Of a stretch of DNA of 64,000 bases, positions 22,101 through 31,000 are shown piece by piece. The translations under genes and the position numbers were made by a program. The stretch covers positions 13,889 to 77,888 of the forward strand of contig JBILPB010000001.1 of the NCBI GenBank assembly GCA_044374175.1. The letters are read 5' to 3'. This DNA is from Bacteroidia bacterium (GTDB lineage Bacteria > Bacteroidota > Bacteroidia > UBA4408). Positions within the stretch are counted from its first letter, which is position 1; every line of letters starts with the position of its first letter. Under the pieces are notes generated by a model. The model searched no databases. It worked only from the letters and a program-made list of their open reading frames with translations, and had not been told where the DNA came from.

Positions 22101-25100
22101 TCCAATCTTAACATGGTCGGCTGGTGCTGGTGCTCCTCCAACTGGTTATGATGTTTATTTTGGAACCACTCCTACACCTCCATTAGTGAGTGCTAATCAA
22201 GCAGGAACAAGTTATAGTCCTGGATTATTGTCTTTTGGAGCAACATACTATTGGAGTGTAGTTCCAGTTAATGCTAATGGTGCTGCTACAGGCTGTACAG
22301 AACAAAGTTTTGTTACTGGTACTTCTGTTGTTTATTGTAATCCAACTTCAACTTTTTGTGATGAATTTGTAAGTAATGTTGTTGTAGGAACTATCAATAA
22401 CCCTAGCGGATGTACAGCTGGTGGTTATACTGATTATACAACTATTTCTACCGATGTTTATCAAGGCTTAACTTATCCTATTACAATTTCGAATGGTCCT
22501 CCAACATACGCTGCTGACCAATGTGGTATTTGGATTGACTGGAATCAAGATGGCGATTTTACTGACCCTAATGAAACTGCAACTGTTATTGGAACTCCAG
22601 GCACAGGACCTTATACTGCTAACATTGATGTTCCAGTTACTGCTAACTTAGGTTCTTCACGTTTACGTGTTAGAATTACCTTTACAGGTGCAGTTGACCC
22701 TTGTGGTAATACTACATATGGAGAAACTGAAGATTATTTATTCAATGTATTGCCTGAGCCATTCTGTGCTTATCCAGGTGGTTTAACTGTAACTAACTTA
22801 ACACCAACCGATGCTCAATTAAATTGGAATAGTGTAACTAGTGCTGTTAATTATTTAGTACGTTATAAAGAAGTGGCCGATCCAGGAACTGCGCCAACAT
22901 GGGTAACACCAACTGTTGTTGCTGCTCCAACTAACTTCTTAGCTATTGCTGGTTTAAATGGTAACACGCAATACGAATTCCAGGTTCAAACAGATTGCGG
23001 CTCAACTCCTTTTGGATTTAGCCCTTCATCAACTTTCTTAACACCTTGTAGTAATACAGTTTGCCCTGTAAATGCTATACAAGAAGGTGAAGTTTGTGGA
23101 ACTGATGTAAACGGTGGTTGTAATATGACTGTACCTTTTTACACACCAATTGAATGTGGTGATACCATTTGTGGTACTTCATGGGCCGATGGTGGAACAA
23201 GAGATACTGATTGGTTTACATTTACATTGACGCAACCAAGTACAGTTACTTGGACCGTTGATGCTGAGTTTCCAATGGTTATTGGTTTTGTTGATGCTTC
23301 ACAAGGTTGTGCGGCTCCTCAATTCTTTAATTTAAATACTACAACAGGTCTTTGTGGAAATACATTCTCTATCGACAATTTAGCTGCTGGAACTTGGTGG
23401 ACATTTATTGCCCCTAATGGCTTTGCCGGATTCCCTTGCGGAACAAGTAATAATTATGTTGCTTCTTTAAATTGTGTGCCTTTAGTGGTTGCAGCTAATG
23501 ACGAATGTGTTGGCGCTCTTCCTGCAGTTTGGAATACAACATGTAACCCAATCACAGGAACAGTTGATAATGCAACTCAATCTTTAACAGGTTGTTCAGG
23601 TACTGCTAATGATGATGTTTGGTATTCATTTGTTGCTACTAATACAACAGGTGTTATAGAAGTGGCTGGTTCAGCTTCTTTTGATCCGGTTATTGAATTG
23701 TTTGATGCTTGTTTTGGTAACTCTTTACAGTGTATTGATAATAATTTTGGTGCTGGTACAGTAGAGTCTGGTATTATGACTGGTTTAACTATCGGTAATA
23801 CTTATTATGTACGTATTTATGATGCTGGTTTAGGCATACCTGCTACTACAAGCTTTACTTTATGTATTTATGATATTCCTCCTCCACCAGTTAATGATGA
23901 TTGTTCAGGTGCTATTGCTGTTGTATGTAATACGCCAATAAGTGCCTCTACTACCTTTGCAAATGCAGAAGTTGGTGTGGCTACTTGTGGAACTACAATT
24001 ACTTCTCCAGGTGTTTGGTATACAGTAATGGGTAACGGTGGTTTAATTACTGCTAGCTTATGTACTGGTACTGGCTTTGACAGTAAGATTAACGTGTTCT
24101 CTGGCGACTGTGCTAACTTAATTTGCGTTGGTGGTAATGACGACTTCTGTGGCTTACAATCAGAATATAGTTGGACAGGTGCTGCTGGAACAATGTATTA
24201 CATATTGGTTCAAGGATATAATAATGCTGTAGGTAACTTTACATTAACTGTTACAACACCATTGACTGCTCCAGTAATTACTGCTTCTGGCGCTACCACC
24301 TTATGTTCAGGTGCTACCGTTGATTTAAGTAGCGATCTTGCTAATGGAAATGTTTGGTCAACTAACGAAACAACACAAACTATTACTGTAGGTATAACAG
24401 GTGATTATTCATCTACCATTACTGATGGCAACGGATGTTCTGCTACAAGTAATATCATTACAGTTACAGCTTCTGCTCCTCCAACACCAGTAATTACTTC
24501 TAGTGGTTCTACTGTTTGTGAAGGTGATACTGTTACTTTATCGATTGTTTGGACTGGTGATATCACTTGGTCTCCAACATTTGAATTTAATGATACCGTG
24601 CAAGTTTCGGCTGTTGGAACTTACGATTATTCAGTTGTTATTACTGATGCTCTAGGTTGTACTTCGCAATCAGCAATTGAAGTAGTTACAATTAACGCAA
24701 CGCCAGTTGCTCAAATTCAAGCTAATGGCCCAACTACAGTTTGTGGTTCAGGTTCAGTTGATATTACAGCAAGTGGTGGTGACTCTTATTTATGGAATGA
24801 TGGTGTTACAACTACGCCAACAATTACAGCTTCAGCTGCTGGTGATTATTTCTGTGTGGTATCTAATGCAAATGGTTGTACCTCAGTAACAAGTACCATT
24901 ACTGTGGGTATTTTCCCAGCCCCCGCAACACCAACTGTTACAGCAAGTGGTGCAACTACTTTCTGTGATGGTGGAACGGTAACTTTGTCTTCATCAACAG
25001 CAAATGCTTATGATTGGGGCAATGGTAATACTGCGCAAGATTTAATTGTAACTGTTTCAGGTTCTTATACAGTTACTACTACAGATGTTAATGGTTGTAC

Positions 25101-26295
25101 TGCGGTTTCAACTGCTGAGGTTGTTACCGTTAATCCTAATCCAATTGTTACGGTAACAGCTAACGGTCCAACTACTTTCTGTTTAGGTGGTACTGTTGAT
25201 TTAACCTCTTCTCAAGCTACTGGAAACCTTTGGACTAATTCACAAACTGCGCAAACAATTGCTGTTAACGCAAGCGGAAACTACTCCACTACTGTAACTG
25301 ATGTAAATGGTTGTACAGGTGTTTCTAATGTGATTGCTATCACTGTAAACTCTGTTCCAGTACCTACAATTACTGCTAATGGTTCATTATCATTATGTAA
25401 TGGTGCAACAGTTGATTTAACTTCTAGTAGCGCTACTGACAATACATGGAGTACAGGTTCAACGAACCAAACTATTACGGTTTCAACTGCTCAATCAATT
25501 ACTGTTACTGTACTTGATCCTGCAACTGGTTGTTCTGCAACTTCATTGGCTACTGTAACCACAGTTGGTGCAGGTGCAACTCCATACATTATTGTGGGTG
25601 GCCCAACCATCATCTGTGAAGGTGAAGAAGTGCAATTATTAAGCAGCGAGCCAAGTGGAAATACTTGGAGTAATGGTGCAACTACGAATTCAATCTCGGT
25701 TGCTACTACTGGAATTTATACAGTAACGTATACTTCTCCAGGTGGATGTACTGCAGTTTCAGCTAGTGTTCCTGTTTTGGTTAATCCAGATCCTACACCA
25801 AGTTTCACCTTTAACGCTTCGTTAGGTGGCTTTACACAATTTACCAATACTTCGCAAGATTACTTAACAAGCAATTGGGATTTTGGAGATGGCAGCCCTT
25901 GGTCTAATGCCGATAGCCCTTCACATACTTATACTGGCGATGGTACATTTATTGTAACTTTAACAGTAGGTAATGGTTGTGGTACTGAAACGATAGTTGA
26001 CACAGTTGTAATTGTTGGAACAGGCATCGAAACATTGGCTGATGGAACTTCTTTAGAGTTGTATCCAAACCCAACATCAGATGTAATTAATGTATCCTTC
26101 AGTGGTTCAAAAACCCAAAACCTAGCGGTTAGGGTAGTGAACATGAATGGTCAATTGGTTTACACAGATGCAGTAGGTCAATTCGCTGGTCAATACAAAA
26201 ATGCTATTGATTTAGGCGCTGCTGCTAAAGGTGTTTACTTTGTTCAATTAATTACTGATCAAGGTACAATCAACAGAAAAGTTGTATTGCACTAA
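19150..26295 (+). CDS. Giant multi-domain cell-surface protein with internally duplicated GEVED/FN3/Cys-rich modules, a CUB-like domain, Ig-like repeats, a PKD domain and a T9SS CTD
   Basis: 2381 aa with a signal peptide. Two GEVED motifs occur (TYGETEDYTV, TYGETEDYLF), and WVDWNQDGDF appears twice. The Cys-rich region VCPVGAIVEAEACGDDLNGGCNMPVPVY appears twice. About 20 Ig-like repeats of ~75 aa with C..C and NGC motifs follow. The PKD-like segment NWDFGDGSPWSNADSPSHTYTGDGTFIVTLTVGNGCG is present, and the CTD ends ...LELYPNPTSDVINVSF...GVYFVQLITDQGTINRKVVLH. Confidence 0.85.
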   Translation: MINRYKLFSKLSAFIALFALMCNTLWAQTYQVGTGTIQNTTFGYPAPYGNFYWGARHQFLVTAAELQAAGASNGDINSVGFDVVTPAGIPLTNFEIKIGTTATTDLTTWEAGLISVFYAPSYTEVAGVNVHPFTTPFNWDGVSNIIIETCFNNSAFDLNAVVNQSATAFNSTVFYRADAPGVCANPAIAFDAPVAQRPNMYFDISGGFPCIDPPTAGVTIANLNPVCANDNLVLTLQGQSTGSGQTYQWQNSPDGTNWSPIIGANSSAYVTNQTVTTYYRCLVTCGASSVPSDFVMVTSNPPTQCYCDASITFVPFDEYISDVQVAGITNPSGGTPGGYIDYTSIVIPMSIGTDHPITVINGLAPLYAGDQVGIWVDWNQDGDFYDLGEAMSVTGNPSAGPYTSIINPPVGSPLGLTRMRVRLTFTGIVDPCGITTYGETEDYTVDVQPAPTCPFATGIAFSNITTTSADIDWADGPTAVGYEIRWKALADLPTVPTWATPTATATSNYSFAGLLPNTVYEAQISIDCGGGDLSGFTFSYTFQTSCGLTVCPVGAIVEAEACGDDLNGGCNMPVPVYDPIACGETVCGNAYSTAATRDTDWYTFTLTQPSTVTWSVDADFPALIGYVDPAAGCAAPVFFNLAQNTGECTGAVSVQNLAAGTWWLFVANSTFDDAYNCTSGKTKYVGTLSCVPLAVAANDECAGAISLVQDVNCNPTTANIDNSTQSLPGCAAGSTANDDVWFSFVAVNTTAQVIVAGSASFDAVVQVFDACAGNSLACIDGTLAGGTETATVTGLTIGNTYYVRVFDYEIGTPATTTFDICVVDPGSIIIMNNNNDETTCSAVFYDSGGSGAAYQNNEAFTKTIYPDAPNSLVQVVFNSFATENGYDGLLIYNGPNTASPLIPSGLAAGFNPATAPANSWYGTTSPGIVTSTDVTGALTFVWASETSFTAAGWDATVGCISSLLAPNCAANIQPVDLSVGVNPNPILTWSAGAGAPPTGYDVYFGTTPTPPLVSANQAGTSYSPGLLSFGATYYWSVVPVNANGAATGCTEQSFVTGTSVVYCNPTSTFCDEFVSNVVVGTINNPSGCTAGGYTDYTTISTDVYQGLTYPITISNGPPTYAADQCGIWIDWNQDGDFTDPNETATVIGTPGTGPYTANIDVPVTANLGSSRLRVRITFTGAVDPCGNTTYGETEDYLFNVLPEPFCAYPGGLTVTNLTPTDAQLNWNSVTSAVNYLVRYKEVADPGTAPTWVTPTVVAAPTNFLAIAGLNGNTQYEFQVQTDCGSTPFGFSPSSTFLTPCSNTVCPVNAIQEGEVCGTDVNGGCNMTVPFYTPIECGDTICGTSWADGGTRDTDWFTFTLTQPSTVTWTVDAEFPMVIGFVDASQGCAAPQFFNLNTTTGLCGNTFSIDNLAAGTWWTFIAPNGFAGFPCGTSNNYVASLNCVPLVVAANDECVGALPAVWNTTCNPITGTVDNATQSLTGCSGTANDDVWYSFVATNTTGVIEVAGSASFDPVIELFDACFGNSLQCIDNNFGAGTVESGIMTGLTIGNTYYVRIYDAGLGIPATTSFTLCIYDIPPPPVNDDCSGAIAVVCNTPISASTTFANAEVGVATCGTTITSPGVWYTVMGNGGLITASLCTGTGFDSKINVFSGDCANLICVGGNDDFCGLQSEYSWTGAAGTMYYILVQGYNNAVGNFTLTVTTPLTAPVITASGATTLCSGATVDLSSDLANGNVWSTNETTQTITVGITGDYSSTITDGNGCSATSNIITVTASAPPTPVITSSGSTVCEGDTVTLSIVWTGDITWSPTFEFNDTVQVSAVGTYDYSVVITDALGCTSQSAIEVVTINATPVAQIQANGPTTVCGSGSVDITASGGDSYLWNDGVTTTPTITASAAGDYFCVVSNANGCTSVTSTITVGIFPAPATPTVTASGATTFCDGGTVTLSSSTANAYDWGNGNTAQDLIVTVSGSYTVTTTDVNGCTAVSTAEVVTVNPNPIVTVTANGPTTFCLGGTVDLTSSQATGNLWTNSQTAQTIAVNASGNYSTTVTDVNGCTGVSNVIAITVNSVPVPTITANGSLSLCNGATVDLTSSSATDNTWSTGSTNQTITVSTAQSITVTVLDPATGCSATSLATVTTVGAGATPYIIVGGPTIICEGEEVQLLSSEPSGNTWSNGATTNSISVATTGIYTVTYTSPGGCTAVSASVPVLVNPDPTPSFTFNASLGGFTQFTNTSQDYLTSNWDFGDGSPWSNADSPSHTYTGDGTFIVTLTVGNGCGTETIVDTVVIVGTGIETLADGTSLELYPNPTSDVINVSFSGSKTQNLAVRVVNMNGQLVYTDAVGQFAGQYKNAIDLGAAAKGVYFVQLITDQGTINRKVVLH
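20065..23880 (+). repeat. Ancient intragenic duplication in the giant adhesin gene: two ~1.55 kb copies (20065-21625 and 22330-23880) separated by a CUB-like/FN3 insert
   Basis: The encoded copies align over about 520 aa at roughly 55-60% identity, from CYCDASITF.../...YCNPTSTFCDEF to ...TFDICVVD/...TLCIYD. Confidence 0.75.
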
Positions 26296-26313
26296 GCTTA
26301 ATTAGTTTATAAT

Positions 26314-26356
26314 AAAAAAGGGGCTTCTGAAATTCAGAAGCCCCTTTTTTGTTTTG
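26314..26356 (+). terminator. Rho-independent terminator of the giant adhesin gene
   Basis: The sequence is aaaaaaggggcttctgaaattcagaagcccctttttt. It has a perfect 11-bp stem and a T-run, and lies 20 nt after the stop. Confidence 0.85.
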
Positions 26357-26691
26357 TTTAAATTGTAGAAGTTCTTATGTGTTGTATAGTCGTTATTTGT
26401 TTAAAATGATGGTGAAGTATATTAGCAACGAAATACTGCTAGGGAAAAGATGAAAATGCAAGCCAATCTCATTAAGGCTACCTACTAACTTTAATGAGAT
26501 TATCAACGCGTGTTTATTTTTTGTGTTGATGCTGCTTTGCGGTGCTTCGGGCGCTGCCCTCGAAATGACGTGTGAACCAATGGGCGCGCTGGTGGAGCGG
26601 GCTCGTAAAGAAGTTAAGATGAATAGGCGTGATGTTATGAAAGACTTACAAGTATAGCACTAGCGCTATGAAATGACACTATGACTAACAA

Positions 26692-26735
26692 CAAAAAAAA
26701 GCCTGAATAAATCTAATTATTCAGGCTTTCATTTT
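26692..26735 (-). terminator. Rho-independent terminator downstream of the response-regulator gene
   Basis: The plus strand reads aaaaaaaagcctgaataaatctaattattcaggctttcatttt. On the minus strand this is a hairpin (gcctgaataa/ttattcaggc) followed by a T-run. The plus-strand T-run also follows it, so it is possibly bidirectional. Confidence 0.6.
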
Positions 26736-26748
26736 ATAGAAACTTATA

Positions 26749-27459
26749 TTAAAGCGTATTTTTAACTAAAAGTTTAAATCCTTTACCGTGTACATTTACA
26801 ATTTCTAAATTTGGATCCTCTCTTAAATACTTGCGCAGTTTGGCTATGTATACATCCATACTACGTCCGTTAAAGTAGTTATCATCGTGCCATATAGATT
26901 TTAAGGCAAATGTTCTGTCTAATACATCATTTACATTAATACAAAGCAATTTTAAGAGTTCTGCTTCACGCGTGGTTAACTTTTGCGCCTTGCCTCCAAC
27001 TTCTAATTTTTGCAAGTTAAAATCAAACTTGTAATCGCCCACTTCAAAATTATTTTGATCGCTATTGGTTAAGGTCTGGTTTTTTGTTCTGCGCAAAATG
27101 GCTTTTAAGCGTAACAGCAATTCTTCCATGCTAAATGGCTTGGTTAAATAGTCATCGCCACCCGCATTAAAACCTTCAATGGTATCTTCTTTCATTGATT
27201 TGGCGGTAAGAAAAACGATAGGTGTTTCGGCATCTAGTTTTCTTACTTCGCGGGCTAGGGTATAGCCGTCCATTACTGGCATCATTACATCAAAAATACA
27301 TACATCAAATACATTATTTTTGAATTGTGTAAGTCCTTCTTTACCATTGGTAGCTAAGGTAGTATCATATTCTTTGGCTTGAAGATATTCGAGCAATAAA
27401 TTTCCTAAATTAGGATCATCTTCAACTAATAACACTCTTGGTTTGAATTCTTTTGTCAT
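26749..27459 (-). CDS. Two-component response regulator, OmpR/PhoB family
   Basis: The receiver domain shows VLLVEDDPNLGNLL...DVCIFDVMMPVMDG...LTAK. A winged-helix domain sits at the C-terminus. 236 aa. Confidence 0.85.
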   Translation of the reverse strand: MTKEFKPRVLLVEDDPNLGNLLLEYLQAKEYDTTLATNGKEGLTQFKNNVFDVCIFDVMMPVMDGYTLAREVRKLDAETPIVFLTAKSMKEDTIEGFNAGGDDYLTKPFSMEELLLRLKAILRRTKNQTLTNSDQNNFEVGDYKFDFNLQKLEVGGKAQKLTTREAELLKLLCINVNDVLDRTFALKSIWHDDNYFNGRSMDVYIAKLRKYLREDPNLEIVNVHGKGFKLLVKNTL

Positions 27460-27478
27460 AAATCTTTATTTTTAAATA

Positions 27479-29071
27479 TTAGTTTTCTAATTGCTTATAA
27501 GGGAAGAAACATGTAAAGGTGCTTCCAACTCCAAGGGCACTCTCTACAAAAATGCTGCCACCATGCTTTTCTATAATTGCTTTAACATAACTTAACCCTA
27601 ATCCAAATCCTTTTACATTGTGAATGTTGCCCGTTGGCACCCTATACAATTTATCAAATATTCTTTTTTGATTTTCTTTATTGATGCCCATTCCGTTATC
27701 TTTAACGCCAATGTACACTCCTTTATTATCGCTTTTAGTAAAAATTGTGATTTTAGGATTTTCGGTGGAATACTTCAATGCATTGTCTAAAAGATTATAA
27801 ATAATATTTGAAAGATGCACCTTATCGGCACTCACAACCGATTCAATGGCATCAAATTCAATTTCTATTTCTGCTTTTTTATTTTCAATTTGTACATAAC
27901 TGTTGTTGAGCACATCTTCAATAATCTCGTGCACATCAAGTGATTTTAATTTTAATTTTAGTTCTCCTTTATCTAACACCGCGGTTTGTAATACATTTTC
28001 TACCAAGAGTCCTAATCTTTTATTTTCATCCTTTATTACCTTAACGTAATTACTTAATTTCTGGGGACTTTTTTCTACAGTTGTATCACCAAGTACTTCG
28101 CAAGCTAAAGAAATAGTAGAAATAGGTGTTTTAAATTCGTGCGTCATATTATTAATGAAATCGTTTTTGATTTCGGAAAGCTTCTTTTGCTTGAATATAG
28201 TGGCAATAGTATATGAAAACATCCAAATAATTAATAAAATTAAAAATGCCGAGCCAAGCAGCATATACCATAGGTTACGTAAAATATAGTTCTGTTGTGA
28301 GGGAAAATATAAACTTAAATACCTGGGATTAATAAAAATGTTCTGAGCGGTAAGACTGATGCGGTAAGGCGATTTTAATAAAACAGGAATTAATTGCGCT
28401 TTAACCGGAAAAACAAAGGCATTTTGATTTTGATTGAGGATGCCATATTCATATTTTGTATCGATGCCCTGTTCTTTCAATTCGCTTCTAACCATGCTGT
28501 CAAGTAAAACAGTGTCAATTTTGTTGCTGTAATCGTTGTAAATATTGATACTCACCAATTCATCAAAAATATCGTTCATCATATCCTCCTGATTTAAAAA
28601 CCAGCTCAGGCTTTTATTGCCCCCTTCTTTTTGGTTTACCGAAAAAGGTTCTTTCTTTTTTAAATCTACATTTATTTTAAAATCGGGGTGATTAAGGGCA
28701 TTGCTTTTATATGTTTTGGTGCTTTGTTTTTTGGTTTGTACGCCACCGCTATCGGTAATTATTTCTTCAAACACATTTAAACGCATGTCTTTGTAGTCGT
28801 TTTTTCTTTTATTGAAGGATATTTTATTTTCAGATAAATGATCATCGCGTTCTGATTGACGGTGCATGTTTAATCTGCGTGTTACTTTAGCAGCAACAGC
28901 TTTCTTTTCGAGGTTATAAGCTACTTTGTGCAAGGCTTCGCTTACAGCAGCATCAAATCTTTCTTGTTTAATTTCTACTGCACTTTTAATCCAATACAAC
29001 TGAAAGGCAATTAATCCACCAATAGCAAGCAGGATAACGACAATTGCTAATAAAATTTTTTTATTGTTCAC
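27479..29071 (-). CDS. Sensor histidine kinase (two TM helices, periplasmic domain, HisKA + HATPase_c)
   Basis: The H-box is HEFKTPISTI. The N/G-box region reads IIYNLLDNALKYS...GFGLGLSYVKAIIEKHGG. It is adjacent to the response regulator and on the same strand. Confidence 0.85.
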   Translation of the reverse strand: MNNKKILLAIVVILLAIGGLIAFQLYWIKSAVEIKQERFDAAVSEALHKVAYNLEKKAVAAKVTRRLNMHRQSERDDHLSENKISFNKRKNDYKDMRLNVFEEIITDSGGVQTKKQSTKTYKSNALNHPDFKINVDLKKKEPFSVNQKEGGNKSLSWFLNQEDMMNDIFDELVSINIYNDYSNKIDTVLLDSMVRSELKEQGIDTKYEYGILNQNQNAFVFPVKAQLIPVLLKSPYRISLTAQNIFINPRYLSLYFPSQQNYILRNLWYMLLGSAFLILLIIWMFSYTIATIFKQKKLSEIKNDFINNMTHEFKTPISTISLACEVLGDTTVEKSPQKLSNYVKVIKDENKRLGLLVENVLQTAVLDKGELKLKLKSLDVHEIIEDVLNNSYVQIENKKAEIEIEFDAIESVVSADKVHLSNIIYNLLDNALKYSTENPKITIFTKSDNKGVYIGVKDNGMGINKENQKRIFDKLYRVPTGNIHNVKGFGLGLSYVKAIIEKHGGSIFVESALGVGSTFTCFFPYKQLEN

Positions 29072-29212
29072 TCAAATTTTTGTTTGATTTATTAAAGCAA
29101 TTCAAAGTTATACAAGCCTTGTGAGTACTGCCTTGGCTTAACCTTTTTTAACATGCTGTTTTACATATAATTACCATTCATAACAATTAAAATTGGCAGT
29201 TGTTGAATTGCT

Positions 29213-29764
29213 GTGTACTTTTATTGCAGTTTAAAATTACAAGCACATAACTTCCTTAAAAAGATTGGAATGTATTATAGATTTTTATTGTTTTTTCTTT
29301 TTTTGAGTGAAATAGGTTTATCTCAAACATCAGTAAATACTGAGCAAAATGTAATTGTTGGCATTTCTGATGTAAGGGTATTGGAACGAAGTTTAAGTTA
29401 TAGATGGTACAAGGATGGCTATTTTAATTATCAGAGCAATATTTCGGCCATAAACGCCATAAAAGAAATGCCCAAAGACATACAATTTATGGTGTTTGCA
29501 GGTACCTGGTGTGAGAAAAGTCAACAGTTGCTACCACAGTTTTATAAGGTTATGGATTTAGCAGGCATAAGCAGACAGCGCGTAAAATTATGTTTTTTAG
29601 ATAGAGATAAAAGATCGCCTCAAGGCATAGAAAATAATTACAGTATAAACAGTACACCAGTTTTTATTATCCTGCAAAAGGGGATAGAGATTGGCAGAAT
29701 TACCGAAGCAATAAACCAATCGATAGAAGCAGATATTGCCGATTTAATTCCCACAAAACAGTAA
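29213..29764 (+). CDS. Thioredoxin-fold protein (CXXS variant), probably secreted; the true start is likely internal (MYYRFLLFFLF...)
   Basis: MVFAGTWCEKSQQLLPQF gives a WCxxS motif in a thioredoxin-like context. A signal-peptide-like segment is present. Confidence 0.5.
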   Translation: MYFYCSLKLQAHNFLKKIGMYYRFLLFFLFLSEIGLSQTSVNTEQNVIVGISDVRVLERSLSYRWYKDGYFNYQSNISAINAIKEMPKDIQFMVFAGTWCEKSQQLLPQFYKVMDLAGISRQRVKLCFLDRDKRSPQGIENNYSINSTPVFIILQKGIEIGRITEAINQSIEADIADLIPTKQ

Positions 29765-29776
29765 GGAAAATACTTT

Positions 29777-31000
29777 ATGAATGAATTTGATATTTTTGAA
29801 TTACCCAACGGTTTGCGTGTTATTTATAAGCAAGTGGTGGGCGAAGCGGCACATTGTGGTATCATTTTAAATGCTGGAACCAGAGAGGAAAAGCAAACAG
29901 AGCAAGGCTTAGCACATTATATTGAACATACTTTATTTAAAGGGACCTCAAAACGCAGGTTTTATCACATTTTAAGCAGAATTGATAGTGTGGGCGGAGA
30001 GCTTAATGCTTATACATCCAAGGAAGAAACTTGTATATACGCTTCATTTCAAAAACAGTATTTAGAACGAGCTGTGGAACTTATTGCTGATATTACTTTT
30101 AACTCTACTTTTCCGGTAAAGGAAATAGAAAAAGAAAAGGATATTATTATTGATGAAATTCACTCCTACAAAGACACTCCTGCTGAGCAAATTTATGATG
30201 ATTTTGAAACACATTTGTTTAATAAACATCCATTAGGAAACAATATTTTAGGCACTATAGAAAGTGTAAAAAGCTTTAAACAAAAACACATTATTGATTT
30301 TATTAAACGCCATTACCTTATTAAAAATATGGTGTTTAGTATTGTTGGAAATTACAAAAAGGAATCTGTAAAAAAAGTAATGGAAAAGTATTTCTCACAG
30401 TATATCACAAAAGGAAATCCATCCATTAGAAAGGCTCCAGCACCTAACAAAACATTTCATGTAACTAATAAAATAAATTCGAACCAGTCGCATAGTATCA
30501 TTGGCAGCATTGCGCCCTCTTCCGCTTCCAAAAAAAGAACGGCTATGGTGTTGCTTAATAATTTACTGGGAGGAACAGGTATGAACAGCAGGTTAAATTT
30601 AAACATCAGAGAAAAGTATGGATTTGCTTATAATTTAGATTCTAACTATGTGGCTTATAGCGATACAGGGCTGTTTGCCGTGTATTTAGGTACCGATAAA
30701 AAGTACTTGCAAAAAACCACTACTTTGGTCTACAGAGAGCTTAAAAAGTTAAGAGACACACCCATAAGCGCCATGCAATTGCACAGAGCAAAGCAGCAAT
30801 TATGTGGCAATATTGCTTTGGCGCAAGAAAACAATAGTAGTGTAATGCTGGCGCTAGGCAAGAGTTTGCTGATGTTTAATAAAGTAGATACATTGAATGC
30901 TATTTACGAAGAGATAGAAAAAATTACTGCCAAACAGTTATTTAATATTGCCAACGAAGTTTTTGATGAAAAACATATGAATTCATTAACATTTGAGTAG
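29777..31000 (+). CDS. M16-family (pitrilysin/insulinase) zinc peptidase
   Basis: The inverted zinc motif HxxEH is present as GLAHYIEHTLFKGT, with the downstream glutamate region ELNAYTSKEETCIY. 407 aa. Confidence 0.85.
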   Translation: MNEFDIFELPNGLRVIYKQVVGEAAHCGIILNAGTREEKQTEQGLAHYIEHTLFKGTSKRRFYHILSRIDSVGGELNAYTSKEETCIYASFQKQYLERAVELIADITFNSTFPVKEIEKEKDIIIDEIHSYKDTPAEQIYDDFETHLFNKHPLGNNILGTIESVKSFKQKHIIDFIKRHYLIKNMVFSIVGNYKKESVKKVMEKYFSQYITKGNPSIRKAPAPNKTFHVTNKINSNQSHSIIGSIAPSSASKKRTAMVLLNNLLGGTGMNSRLNLNIREKYGFAYNLDSNYVAYSDTGLFAVYLGTDKKYLQKTTTLVYRELKKLRDTPISAMQLHRAKQQLCGNIALAQENNSSVMLALGKSLLMFNKVDTLNAIYEEIEKITAKQLFNIANEVFDEKHMNSLTFE

